A DNA stretch of 64,000 bases. Source: Lytechinus pictus. Lineage: Eukaryota. The notes below the pieces were generated by a model. It saw nothing but the letters and a program-made list of their open reading frames with translations, was not told where the DNA came from and ran no database searches. Below, piece after piece: positions 41,054 through 53,889 of the stretch. Where the stretch lies: positions 43,836,001 through 43,900,000 of the forward strand of contig NC_087245.1 in NCBI RefSeq assembly GCF_037042905.1, given 5' to 3'. The position numbers and the translations under genes are program-made. How positions within the stretch are numbered: position 1 is the first letter of the stretch; every line of letters begins with the position of its first letter.

Positions 41054-41900
41054 CCCTTACAAAAAATTCCTGCAGTACTTTAGTGGTACTCTGTTGTACC
41101 TGTGTGATACTTCTGTCATACACGACGGTACCGCAGAATTACCACAGGACTTATGTGGTATCACTCTGTGATAGTTCTGTCATACTTCTGTGGTACATTA
41201 AAATATGAAAATTTCCTGCAATACCTTAATGGTACTCTGTCGTACCTGTGTGATACTTCTGTTGTACAAAACTGTATAGGGAATTACGACAGGACTTCTG
41301 TGGTATCACTCTGTGATAGTTCTGTCATACTTCTGTGGTACATGAAAATATGAAAATTTCCTGCAATACCTTAATGGTACTCTGTCGTACCTGTGTGATA
41401 CTTCTGTTGTACATAACTGTATACAATATCACTCTGTGATAGTTATGTCGTACTTCTGTTGTACATGAAAATTCTAAAATATCCTGCAGTACTTCTATGA
41501 CAACCCTGCGATACTTCTGTTGTATATGAACATTTTTTAAATTTCCTGCAGTACTCCTATAGTCCTATTACTACGCACTTCTATGGAAACCCTGTGATAC
41601 TTCTGTGGTACATGAACATTTTGAAATTTCCTGCAGTACTCGATCCTATTAAAGGCACTTCTATGGAAACCCTGTGATACTTCTGTGGTAAATGAAAATT
41701 TTGAAATTTCCTGCAGGACTCAATATATAGGCACTTCTAAAATTCTATGGCAACCCCAGTGCTATACTTTCAAAATTTCCTGCGGTACTTCTCATGCAGC
41801 CACCCCAGAAATATGACTGAAACTGTATCACAGACGTTATGGTGTATTTTCTGTGGTACATGAAAAATTTAGTTTCCTTCAGTACTTGCATGGAAGCCCT
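41054..41900. repeat. Left subterminal repeat array of the CMC-like element
   Basis: Many copies of GATACTTCTGTGGTAC and TTCCTGCAGTAC motifs, with ~60-bp and ~150-bp higher-order duplications. Confidence 0.85.
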
Positions 41901-42618
41901 GTTTGTACCACAGACTAATTTTTTTTTTTATTTCCAGTGAGGGATTTATCTTTTTTCTTCAGTTTCGGGAGAGGTCAGTAGCGTATTGAGTCTTATATTT
42001 TTAGAAGGCCATATGGCTTAAAAGGGCACCATTCATTTTAAAAAGTACAATTTTTTATATGAAAATTTAATTTTGTGATAGCTATTTTGACATATAGGCC
42101 CTATTTGAAAATTATATTTCACCCTGTCCCATTGTGTAGGTCTATATCAGCGAGGGGGGGGGGGTTATGCCTACTGAGACTCAGAGGTTTTAAGTTTGAT
42201 AGCTTCTATTTCTACGAGAAAGGGTACTATACGTACTAGATCAAAACTAGGAGCAAAGCGCGAACTGAAAAATGCGAAAAATTATTGACCCCAAAATGGG
42301 CAACTTATATTTTGAGGACTCTTGTTCTTTTTCAGGGTTATTTCTTTTTCATGCGCTCTTTTAAATTTCAATTATCATTTGTTTTGTTTGTTCGCCACTT
42401 ATTTTTCATAAAAAACAGGATGAATAATAAAAAAATTGACTACATTTAAAAGGGTACGTGTTGAAATATACAGGACACACCTAACACCCTTATAGAGCTT
42501 AATGGTTGTGAGGAAGCCGGGTTGAATTTCAAAGAGATATTGTAATGAATAAAAATATAAGCATGAACGTATTATTCTACTTCATCCATCTCTTTCTAAC
42601 AATACAAGAAAATAATTG

Positions 42619-43212
42619 AAGGGGAGGTCAAGGCTAGAGATAATCAATAAATAGAGTAAAATTCACAGAGCAAAATGCTTAAAATTTATTCAAAATCGGA
42701 TGACAAATAACGAAGTTAAGTTGAATTTTAAGGATTTGCAATATTCCCATGAAACAGTTTTATTTAGGCATGTCTCATGAATATTCATTAGGTGGGCTGA
42801 TGATGTCATATCCCATGTTCTTTTGTACATTATATGAAATTAGATTTATTCAACATATTTCTACCAAGAACTTAAACAATTGGAATGACAACTGATTAAC
42901 CGCATTAGTTATTTAATGCAGCAACTTCATTACAATGGAGACACATTATTTACACATGTATTGAAAAAATTAGATAATCATAATTTCATATCTAACATTA
43001 AAAAAGGAAAATGGGAATGTCACATCATCAGCCCACCAAATGAATATTCATGACGATGTGCACACTATCTGTTTTCACAAAATATTGATAAACAATTAAC
43101 ATAAGAAAGTTCAGCGTTGAATGTTGATTAAAAAATAAATCTCAGTTAAAATGCTATCTAAGATTTTGTTTTACACGTTTGATAACCAAGTTTTAATGCG
43201 ATACTGGCCCCT
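42619..43212. mobile_element. Degenerate Kolobok-like MITE
   Basis: AAGGGG...CCCCTT ends in TT(G)AA context; internal inverted ATGAATATTCAT..GGTGGGCTGATGATGT motif. Confidence 0.45.
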
Positions 43213-45449
43213 TGAAGTTTTTATTGCGAGAAAATACATTTTCCAAGTTTCCCATCTATTTTTTTTTATTTATTTTTTTTTAGTAAAAAGGACCTATTTT
43301 CTTACAAATATATTTTTACAAATAAAATTACTTCAATATTTGTTCTCCTATTCACAATATTTTTTTCTATTTTACAGGTGGAATAGGATAAACTAAAAAT
43401 AGGATATTTAATTTCCATTTTAAGGCCTATTTTTTTTTTTTTTGCTTTATATCCCCGGTTTATATCTTTGCAACCTTGCAATATGTTAGCCAGGCTGGTT
43501 TATATCTATTTCTTTTTAAATCAAATAAATTTGTATATTTTCAATCTATTTGTATGATGCGAGGCTATATATAGTTTGTAAATATGTTTTTTAATTGCAA
43601 GAACAATCTTGTATCTCTGTTCACATATGATGGCAGTTTATTTTGCTTCTTTTTTCTAATTTGTATGAAGTTTGTATCTATATATTTTCAAACTATTTTC
43701 CATCCTTAAAGTGTCACGACCGATGTCATTATTTTTTTACCTCGTTGGCAAAGTTATTATCTTTTCTTATGTTTTGCTTCAAAATGGTATCTTTATATTT
43801 GCTTGTCTTGCTCCTCCACCCCTTATCAAAATACCCTGCCGGCAGTTGATCTAAGATTATTTTCTTTTACTACTTGAACGTTATAAAGGGATCTTTCCTT
43901 CGATCGCAAGAAAGGATAAAATGTGTGTTTTTGAAAATAAATAAAATGAAAAATACATAGGATTGGAGCTGTGATTTTCCTCATTGCTTTCTTTGTCATC
44001 CTACTTGCATACTAGTAGGCCTATATAACATATTTTCAGTAAAAGCTAAATTGTGAGACATGTTTTTAAATCCTATCCTTATATTAAAAAAAAAAGAATA
44101 AAGAGAAAGAAAAAATTAAAAGACATAGAAAAGAAAAAGAAAGGAAGAAGAAATAAATATTTGAATTTTACTTTATCCAATTACTTTACGTTAATAATAT
44201 GATATATATGATGGCGAAAATAGTCAAATTGTCTGGTTGCCAAGTAAAAAGTAAGACCCCCCCCCCCCTCCTCCCCCGTACAAATTCAAACGCACGGACT
44301 GCGGCTAACTAGTAATTTGCACGCGTACGTACGTACCTACCGTATACGTGTTTCCGGTTCCGCCATTTGAAAAAAAAACGTTCGTAACTGCCTCAGCTGA
44401 ACCTGAAGCTTGATGAAGAAGGCCGTCAATATTTCAACTGAACAAAAACTAACAGAATATGGATCAGATTCGGACAACGACTTCTTAAGACATTCACACA
44501 ACAGGCTAAACAGTAAGTTAGATCCATTTTTCGTAGTTTGGCGCGGCATGCACTTAAATTTCTTCGACTTTTTAAATCATTACCGTACGGCCACTGCACT
44601 GCCGTTGTTCCCGATCGCTTAACGGGTGGGGGCTGATCTGCGGTGTGCGCGGCCGGGGACGGCCAACGGCTGGCTAGTATTGATGGCGGCGGTGAGGATG
44701 TTTGTATTGTCATGATTGTAGCCAGGTCAGGGGTGGCCTGGAGGCGTTTGGGGAGTGAAAGTAATATATGGTTGGAACTACCCCTTATCGACCACCTAAT
44801 CTTCTAAGCATCGTATCTGCGAAAATATCAATTTTACCCAGTTTTTCGTCTCATTTGTGCAGAAAATTGAGCAGATTAGATTCCCATGTTTCGCTCGGCG
44901 ACTCCAATTCAATCCGCGTATATATCGACGAACAACGAATGCGACGATTTTACATTTGCTCATTTGCACCCGTCTTTTGAAACCGACCACCCGCGATACA
45001 CTAAGTTTACGGCCGAATGTTGCTCCAAAATATTTGATTTATTTAACTTGCTTATCACACAATTTTGTAAATGGAAAAGAAGTTCATTTCCCCCATTAGG
45101 CACTTATAAAGTTTTTTACACGAAAAATAATACAAATATTGAGAAAAATCATGTGAGAAGATGAGCAGATACTCACCGATGATCTTGTCGCCATATTTCC
45201 TTCTTTGTTCGTAGCCTAGTTAAAAGACGCGTATAAGAGAGGGCGACGATATCATGAGCAGTGCCAATTTAAAAAAAAAAAACTTCGGCCGATGATAATC
45301 GTGAATTATAAAATACTTGCATTAACCAATAAATATTTATGTGCTAAGCCTACGTATAGTAGAAATAATTTTACTCCCCAGATGCCTCCAGGCTAGTCAT
45401 GACAAGTCTCTCAGTCACATTTCGTCGTCAATATACCCACTGCTTTTCA

Positions 45450-46359
45450 GGCGCTAATGCAGTTTCGCATCTGCCGATTACCAGCATACCTCATCACCAA
45501 TACTTGTTCCCAGATGTCATGACAAGTCTCTTGGTTCACATTTCGATGTCAATATACCCACTGCTTTCCCAAATATTGTGAGGGGTAACGGCTGTATTTT
45601 GACTGCGATCTCGAAGACACCGAATCCTCAGTCAAACATCGCTTTGCTCACATTATTTGGTTGCTAAATTCAGTCCATATCAACATTACAGCGATGGCAA
45701 ATCCAAGCGATCTGCGAAGCGATGTCTACGGATTAGATCAACGAGGTCAAGATCGAAGCCGAAATACAGCCGTTCTCGATCAGGATATTTTGAAAAGCAG
45801 TAGGTATATTGACATCGAAATATGACTGCGAGACTTGTCATGACATTTGGAACAGATATTGGTGATGAGGTATGCTGGTAATCGGCCAGTGCGAAACTGC
45901 ATTAGCGCCGCTTTTCCAAATATTGCGAGCGGTAACACCTGTATTTTGACTGTGATCTTGAAGGCATCGATCGTTCGAATCCTCAGTCAAACATCGCTTC
46001 GCTTGGCTTCACCGCTCGCCGTCATGTTGATATGGACTGAAGTTATGCAACCAAAAGATTCACATGCGGCATGCTGGCAGTTCGTTTGCCACATGTTCAC
46101 ATGATTTGGTTGCTAAATTCAGTCCATATCAACATACTGCGCACGGCGAATCCGAGTGATCCGCGAAGCGATGTCTACGGATTAGTTCAACGACGTTGAG
46201 ATCAAAGCCGAAATACAGCCGTTCTCGATTACGATATTTTGTAAAGTATTGGGTATATTGACATTGAAATGTGACTGAGAGACTTGTCATGACATTTGGG
46301 AACAAGTATTGGTGATGAGGTTTGCTGGTAATCGGCCGGTGCGAAACTGCATTAGCGCC
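45450..46359. mobile_element. Foldback repeat (one forward arm, two inverted arms)
   Basis: GGCGCTAATGCAGTTTCGCA... at 45450 with inverted copies ending at ~45909 and ~46359. Confidence 0.75.
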
Positions 46360-46532
46360 AGATTGGGGACAACAACCTAACTAAATAGTAAATATTTATG
46401 ACACCTCCAAACCTTCAACCTGTCAACTTCTTTCTTAATGATAGACGGTAGTGGCATCACATGGAAAGCCAAGAGAGCACCGATGGGTGTATTACGTGCC
46501 GCTGTGTACAATGTCAACAGTTGCATGGCAAT

Positions 46533-47208
46533 CCCTACCTCGAGCAAAGTTTGTGCAGGCTCCACTCCACTTAACTACGGCTACACAACACTACGCTCCA
46601 CCTACTCGAACTTCGAGACCATGAACTCGATCTGATATTCTGAGTGACAGAGGTGGGATTTTATGGGGGTGGGGAATATAAAATTCATGCAACATCTTGA
46701 TTTTTAAAAAGAATTAAAACTAATATTCTTACTTTACACAAAGTTTCATTTAGTTCCATGCTTTTATCAGTCTCAAAATTGGTGATTTAGAGCCAACATG
46801 AAGTTCCTCACACATATTTATAATTCGCTGCCGATTTCAAAACATTGCATGCGGATGCAATATGCGCGAGATACCGGGTCTGGTCTGACCCGACCGACCT
46901 CACGCGCATGCAATGTATTGAATATTGATACGTGTGAGAAACTTCATGTTGGCTCTAAATCATCAATTTTGAGACGGATAGAGGCATGGAGAAGAAGTGA
47001 AACTTTGTGTGCAGGAAGAATATTAGTTTTAATTTTTTTAAAGAGCGTGATGTTGCATGAATTTTATTACCCCCCCCCCCCATAAAATCCCACTTTTTGT
47101 CACTCGGAATATCAGATCCAGTTCAAGGTCTCAAAGTTTGGGTAGGTGGAGCGTAGTGTAGCAATAGTGAAGTGGAGTGGAGCCTGCACGAACTTCACTC
47201 GAGGTAGG
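46533..47208. mobile_element. ~680-bp palindromic MITE
   Basis: CCTACCTCGAG..GTGCAGGCTCCACTCCACTT and its inverse; arms converge near 46885. Confidence 0.8.
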
Positions 47209-47608
47209 CAATCCCACAAATTTAAAAGAGGTTTCTATAAAATCAAGTCCGGCCTTCTATGAACATGACAAACTTACGAAAAGATGTGAAGTCAATTCAC
47301 CCTAAATATCATCAATATCCCTCAAATAGCTTCATTTAAGCACTAATTTCTCTTCCGGTTGATAAAATATGGATCCGTCTTTAATTTCCAAAATTGTTCG
47401 TCTAATTAGCTAAAGGACGCATGTTTTATCTACATATTAAAGACACTACATAGAAAAGACTAGGCACAAAGACTATTATACATGTAAATCGATGCAAAGC
47501 ATTACGCGATGTCGGCACAGTGTCCAATCTTCTTATTGTAAAGACTTTAGCGACAATAACAGACTGTGAGTAAGGTTAAAATGCTCCTCTACTTTTAATG
47601 TTTTTCAT

Positions 47609-48654
47609 TAGTGCTGTTGTCGGGAACAAAAATCCATGTCGACATGTCGCTTAAAAATTAATCCCGACATCGACAATGTCGACATGAAAAAGGGACCGTA
47701 ATTTAGCCTGGGCTCCCTAACATAAAAAAAAGCATTCGATCGTGGAACAACACTCTCAATCAAATATATTCACCTTGACACGAGTGATATCCCCACACTA
47801 AATCTATATAATACAGGCTCAGTTCGGGAAAACATATTTTTTACCAAGCTGGAGTGAATTCACTTCCAAAATCACCGATTTAATCCACATTTTTTTTCTG
47901 GAGAATCAAGTTTTTGTACCACGATCCGGTCTTGAAAGCATTGCGCAATAACACTCGTAGCCAATTTGAGAATCACCAATTACAACAGTGATCATTGCGT
48001 AGTATACGCTGGTACCATGTGCTGCAAACGCAAGCTCCTCAATTTGACAATGAAAAATAATGAAAATCGACCGATAATTTCAGTATCACTTCCGCGGCGA
48101 TCCGTGCAACGATCTCCAAACGAATGAAGGGAAGTTTTCTGTGACTTCGTGATATGAAGTAAGCGCTCAATTGCGGCGGTCACAACTTTGACAAAAACAC
48201 GTGTTCGCTGCTGCTCACGTTTATGTGAAAAGTAATGCATTGAGGAGCAACGTATTATCAAGCACGGTGAATAGCGCGCGATGGGTACATATTTCCGTGG
48301 ATGGGTACGGTGAATGCTACTCTCGCTACGCTCGCTATAGCGGGATATCGAGGGCGGCTCGATCGGGCAGGCCGGCCCTGCACTGACGTATTTCTACTGC
48401 CGCACAGCTCGCAGGTATTCTTTTTTCATTTAATGCGCTGCTAAGCTGAATAAACCTTTTAATCGCGCCAATTACTGTGGATAAATGCTTCTAACTTTTC
48501 AGCTAATCTTTACACTCGTGACTGTAGGCTAGACCCCTTTTTATTTTATGTTTACATGTCGATGTGGGTGCGTGCATGTCGACATGTCGGAATTTTGAAA
48601 ATCCTTCGTATGTCGACATCAATGTCGATATGAGGCCTATCGACAACAGCACTA
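47609..48654. mobile_element. hAT-like MITE
   Basis: TTTTTCAT|TAGTGCTGTTGTCG ... CGACAACAGCACTA|GTTTTCAT: 14-bp TIR, 7/8 TSD, GTCGAC subterminal motifs. Confidence 0.82.
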
Positions 48655-49051
48655 GTTTTCATTGATTTTATGTTGAATATTATTAAAGAATATGACTCTT
48701 TGCACCTGAATTGTAACACTGAAATATGGAAATGAAGAAGTTTTATCATCATGTATTTTTATTAATCTGCAAATAAAATTTTACAATGTCACTCAAATTC
48801 ATTTCATTTCATTAAAGATTCAAAGAGGGATCTCTGGATGATCGAGCAGCAAGTCCAGCATTATGTGGGAAAGATACTACAGGTGTACACAGAAAAGGCC
48901 ATGTTCATGTACAAGACACGGTTGGAGTTCATAAAAGGTGATTATGTAGGCATTCACTTCCGTAGATATTATAATTGCAAAATTAAGCAGATTGTATTCA
49001 TGCAGTGGCATACAGTCTAATCCTTGTTAGAAGATGTAGATTTATTCTTCA

Positions 49052-49988
49052 TTTTTGTCTCACCTGCATAGCAGAGTGAGACTATAGGCGCCGCTTTTCC
49101 GACGGCGGCGGCGGCGTCGACACCAAATCTTAACCTGAGGTTAAGTTTTTGAAATGACAGCATAACTTAGAAAGTATATGGTCCTAGTTCATGAAACTTG
49201 GCCATAAGGTTAATCAAGTGTTACTGAACATCCTGCCTGAGTTTCATGTCACATGACCATGGTCAATGGTCATTTAGGGTCGATGAACTTAGACCATGTT
49301 GGGGGAATCAACATCAAAATCTTAACCTAAGGTTAAGTTTTGAAATGTCATCATAACTTAGAAAATATATGGACCTAGTTCATAAAACTTATACATAAGG
49401 TTAATCAAGTATTACTGAACATCCTGTGCAAGTTTCAGGTCACATGAACAAGGTCAAAGGTCATTTAGGGTCAATGAACTTTGGTCAAATTGGGGTATTT
49501 GTTGAATTACCGCCATAACTTTGAAAGTGTGTTGGTCTAGTTCATAAAACTTGGACATAAGAGTAATCAAGTATCACTGAACATTCTGTGCGCATTTTAG
49601 GTCACATGACCAAGGTCAAAGGTCAATGAACTTTGGCCATAATGAGGGTATCTGTTTAATTACCATTATAACTTGGAAAGTTGTTGGATCTTACTCTTGA
49701 AACTTGGACATAAGAGTAATCAAGTAACACTGAACATCCTGTGTGAGTTTCAGGTCACATGATCAAGGTCAAAGTTCATAGGTCAATGAACTTTGGCCAC
49801 ATTGGGGGTATTTGTTGAATTACCATCATATCTCTATAAGTGTATTGGTCTAGTTTATAAAACCTGGAAATAAGAGTAACCAAGTATCACTGAACATCTT
49901 GTGCGAGTTATAGTAGTTTTCAAAATCAGCACTGCTGCTATATTGAATCGCGTGATGCAGGTGAGACGGCCAGAGGCATTCCACTTGT
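49052..49988 (+). mobile_element. Helentron-associated/DINE-1-like non-autonomous element
   Basis: T-rich ends, subterminal inverted repeat GTCTCACCTGCA / TGCAGGTGAGAC, 5' hairpin, (GGC)n, ~125-bp internal tandem units; relatives at ~57165-57660 and ~7555-7700. Confidence 0.7.
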
Positions 49989-51047
49989 TTTATTAAAGAG
50001 TTTCAATATGTGCTTATGACAATTTGTTTGCATTATAAATTGTTTGTCACTCTTGAATATTCGGCTTAGTTTGCTTTATAAGCAAGAATATGCTAAGAGA
50101 GATAGCCGCAAGGACCTCATGATCCGATAGGTATGTACTTGTGAAAAGAGATCTAGATGGTGGCAAAACATCTTATTTCTTGTATTTTTATGTTGTTCAT
50201 GTTATCGTAATGGTACGTGTGTTTTTTTTCTACAGATTAAGCTGCCTCGTGCTATACAGACGTGGATAAAAACAAGCTGTCCAATGAATGGTGACTACTC
50301 AAGAGGAGCCAGAAAGTCAACTAAGGCCAGGGTATTTTGGGAGTTGATATGGCCGGGGAAGGGGGGGGAGGGGGGGGTTTCCAGGGCCCCCCCCCCCTCC
50401 CTTGAGATCTCGACCGCACAATCGCGTCTAACATTGGCACATGGGTTGTCTAGGGCATAATTTACAAAATTAAATTGTAAATTATTTCACGCAAATTGTT
50501 ATTAAGTGATAATACTAATTTATGCGTAATTAGAATACAAAATCATACTTTTTCCTCTATTGCATTGACTTTGTACACAAAATCACGTTTTTGAGCAATT
50601 TTTGGTATGACATGTACTTACATAATGTCACGTTATTACAGAACCACGTACCGGGTGACACAAGATTGGTCTCAAAAGATGCACAAGACTAGAAAGAGGC
50701 ATGTTTTAAAAAAATTGTGCGACAGCATGGTCGCAAAATTTTTGGAAGGGGGGGGGGTCAAATTGGTCCAATTTAACTAAGGGTTAATAACTGGGAGGCT
50801 GTTAGCTGCCTTTTTACCTTCAAGTCTTGCACATCTTTTGAGACCAAATTTGTGATGCCTGGGTACGCTGTTCCGAAATTTCGCAACATTTTTATGTATT
50901 AATCCAACACAAATACTGTTTCTTGCTAAAAATTCACAATTAGTATACTAGTAATATACATTTATCAAGATTAAAGTCAAATTATTTAATTACATTTATA
51001 ATCATAAAAGCTTTGATAAAGTATAAAAAAAACCAAAGAGTTGTATG

Positions 51048-52006
51048 TAGGCCTGGGACTTTCGGGTTTTTTCTCTTCGGGTACCCGTGGTAATTTCCGG
51101 GCGGGTACCCGAAAATCATGTCACTTGAAATATGACTGGTGGAAAAACCCCATAGGTGACGTCATCAAGCCAATGCGATGCAAGCCAATTTATGAATGAA
51201 AATATAGTAAGCATGCGCATTGCAAGCCTCCCGTGCCCCACGCAGTATTCCATCGAAACAAGTTTCAATACTCTGTCACCTCGTACCAAAATCGACCTAG
51301 AATTCCACTTTCCTATATTTCATATGAATTATAAAAGGTTTTCTCACCGATACTGCACAGGTAAGCAAATTTTTATTACTTCTTGCATTTCCGTCAAAAT
51401 CTTACGAAGTAGCGTCGATATTACATCGTGTTCGTGAGTTTGTACCGCTACGTGAACAAAGTCAATTGATTTCCGGGTTTCGGAGCGTCAAATGTGCCAG
51501 CCAATCACGATCGTGTTCCCATTTTCGGTTTATGATGAACTAAAAATGGTAACAAGAACGTGATTGGCTGGCGCTTCGTAGGTCGATTTTGGTATGAGGT
51601 TACAGAGTATTGCAGACTTGTTTTGACGGAATACTGCGTGGGGCTGAGGCTTGCAATGCGCATGCTTACTATATTTTCATTCATAAATTGGTTTGCGTCG
51701 CAGTGGCTGGATGACGTCACTGCGCTGCAAAAGAAACATGGCGATGATTGAACGATCTCTGTCACATCATCATCACTTGAAAACTTGTATATTTATGGAT
51801 ATTTAGAGGGTAATTGGTGAAATTCAAAATGAGGCTTGTGTACATTTGTGATGAGTTACAATCATGTCTTACACTACGCAATACAAATCAAATACATGTA
51901 CATTATACTGGTGAGCAATTTTCGGGTATCGGGTATTGATTTTTCTACCCGGGTACCCGAGGCTTCCGGGCGGGACCCGAGTACCCGGGTTTTAGTCCCA
52001 GCCCTA
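51048..52006. mobile_element. hAT-like MITE inserted in a piggyBac-MITE fragment; contains an inner inverted repeat (~51155-51720)
   Basis: GTTGTATG|TAGGCCTGGGACT ... AGTCCCAGCCCTA|GTTGTATG: perfect 8-bp TSD, GGGTACCCG subterminal motifs. Confidence 0.88.
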
Positions 52007-52419
52007 GTTGTATGAAAATTTTCAAAAATAATGAAAGGTAAAAGAAAACAAGATTACAATGTCCATTGCAAGGGGGCTAGTCTATTCAGGATAATTGGGA
52101 TTTTATTCAGTTTTTAATTGACATAACATTATGACAAGATCCCTCCATTTAGTGTATAAACAGCACATGGCCATGATTGAAATTCATATAACATTAAAGT
52201 ATGCAAACCAGGCAGCTACATGTACTTGTAGGACTCACTGCTTGTCAATTCTATTGTCTGCCAGGGTCAAGTGACCTACAGTGCACATGTATAACGTGTG
52301 TGAAAGTACATAAGAAAATCAGCTTTTTATTTTTGGATATAATGCTCTTCATATTGGTTTATTTTATGTATATGAATTTTTGGATAATCATTAAGAATTA
52401 AAGCTATTTACTTAATATA

Positions 52420-52888
52420 TGGAAGCATAAGCCCATCAAAAACAGAATTATGTCATGTACAGCTAATTCATTTTGCGTGATATTACAATTGTAATTGTTT
52501 ACTTGAGCAAGTAATTTGAATTGCTGCATGACCTAAACAATGACATGTTCCAATTCGAATAGTAACATGACCTAAAGAAGAGTTACTCCACGTCGATTGA
52601 GAGTGCTTATGTTAAATAATTGATGTTGCTACTTCAAATAATTGAGGTCAATCAAATTGGTCATAATTATTCAAGTCAATTTTGAGCTATATGTCATAAT
52701 TAATTAGGTCATATACTAATTGAAATTACTAAATGACTCGAGTAGGTATGAATTCACGTTGCCACATGACCTTAATTATTTTATGTAGCAACATCAAGTA
52801 TTGAACGTCATTTAGTTATCAATTATGACATGTAGCAAATCAAATTACATGCCGCAATTTCGTGTTTATGATGGGCTCATGCTTACAT
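52420..52888. mobile_element. TIR MITE
   Basis: AAGCATAAGCCCATCA ... TGATGGGCTCATGCTT. Confidence 0.55.
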
Positions 52889-53376
52889 TCATATATAACC
52901 CTTCAATACGTAGTTGGAGCAATTCTTAGACAAGAAGACTGTGTAAAACAATGATATGCCTATTCAATGTCAAAAAGGTTAATGTCTCAATAGATTTGAT
53001 CTACGTTTTGGCAAAGTAATCTTATGTTCATATTTTTTCTAACCTATGGTGAACATTCTAAATCATGTGAAATTCATTCAAAAATATCTTTCAGTATTTA
53101 TGGACTTAAGTGAATTCTGAGCAAAATGAAGTGATTATGATTACGTTCATGTACTGTGTAAGTTTATACTGGTGATCAACACATCATAATTTCATCCCTT
53201 ACTGTATGTGCACCATGCATTACCTGTACATGCAGAAGTGGTTATCCATTGTTTCATAACATGGTTGAGTAAAGGATGTTCTGCTTTTAGTATTAAGCCA
53301 ATCGGGTGTTGACAAGAAGGGGAAAATGCAATTGCTCAGCTATTACCGTTTTTTTTGCAACCATAATACTGGTTAA

Positions 53377-53546
53377 GCCTTGGTTACATTCGCCGGCTCG
53401 TGGCCTTACGTCGAGTCAAAATTAGCAGTTTTAATCATCCTTGTACCAGCTACTACCAGCTACACGTGGGTGGTTTGTACAGGAATACCTAAAACTGCTG
53501 ATTTTGTCTCGCCGCAAGGCAACCGGTCAAGGAATGTGACCAAGGT
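53377..53546. mobile_element. Short palindromic MITE
   Basis: CCTTGGTTACATTC..AAAATTAGCAGTTTT / AAAACTGCTGATTTT..GAATGTGACCAAGG. Confidence 0.6.
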
Positions 53547-53889
53547 ATTAATAATAATCGCTTATTGTTGTGTTAGAGGAAAGGATTCTGGGTCGAATCT
53601 AGCTTTCTTTATGTGATCTCAAAATGGCAGCAATGTATGAATAGTGAAAGTAGTTCATGTGGCATCTCAATGTTGGTCGATATAAATCTTTGTACATGTA
53701 TTATCCTAAAGATGAAATGTTACTGCATTATTCTAGCAGTCATTTATGATATCAAAGATGTTCTATACTGTGCATAGTACAACTCATACACAATAAAGGT
53801 ATGTGAATATGCTTTTAACGTCTTTGCAAATTTGTGGGTTTTTTCACCCCTCTTTTCATTAGTCAAGATGTCAAAGTTGTTGTGCTGGA

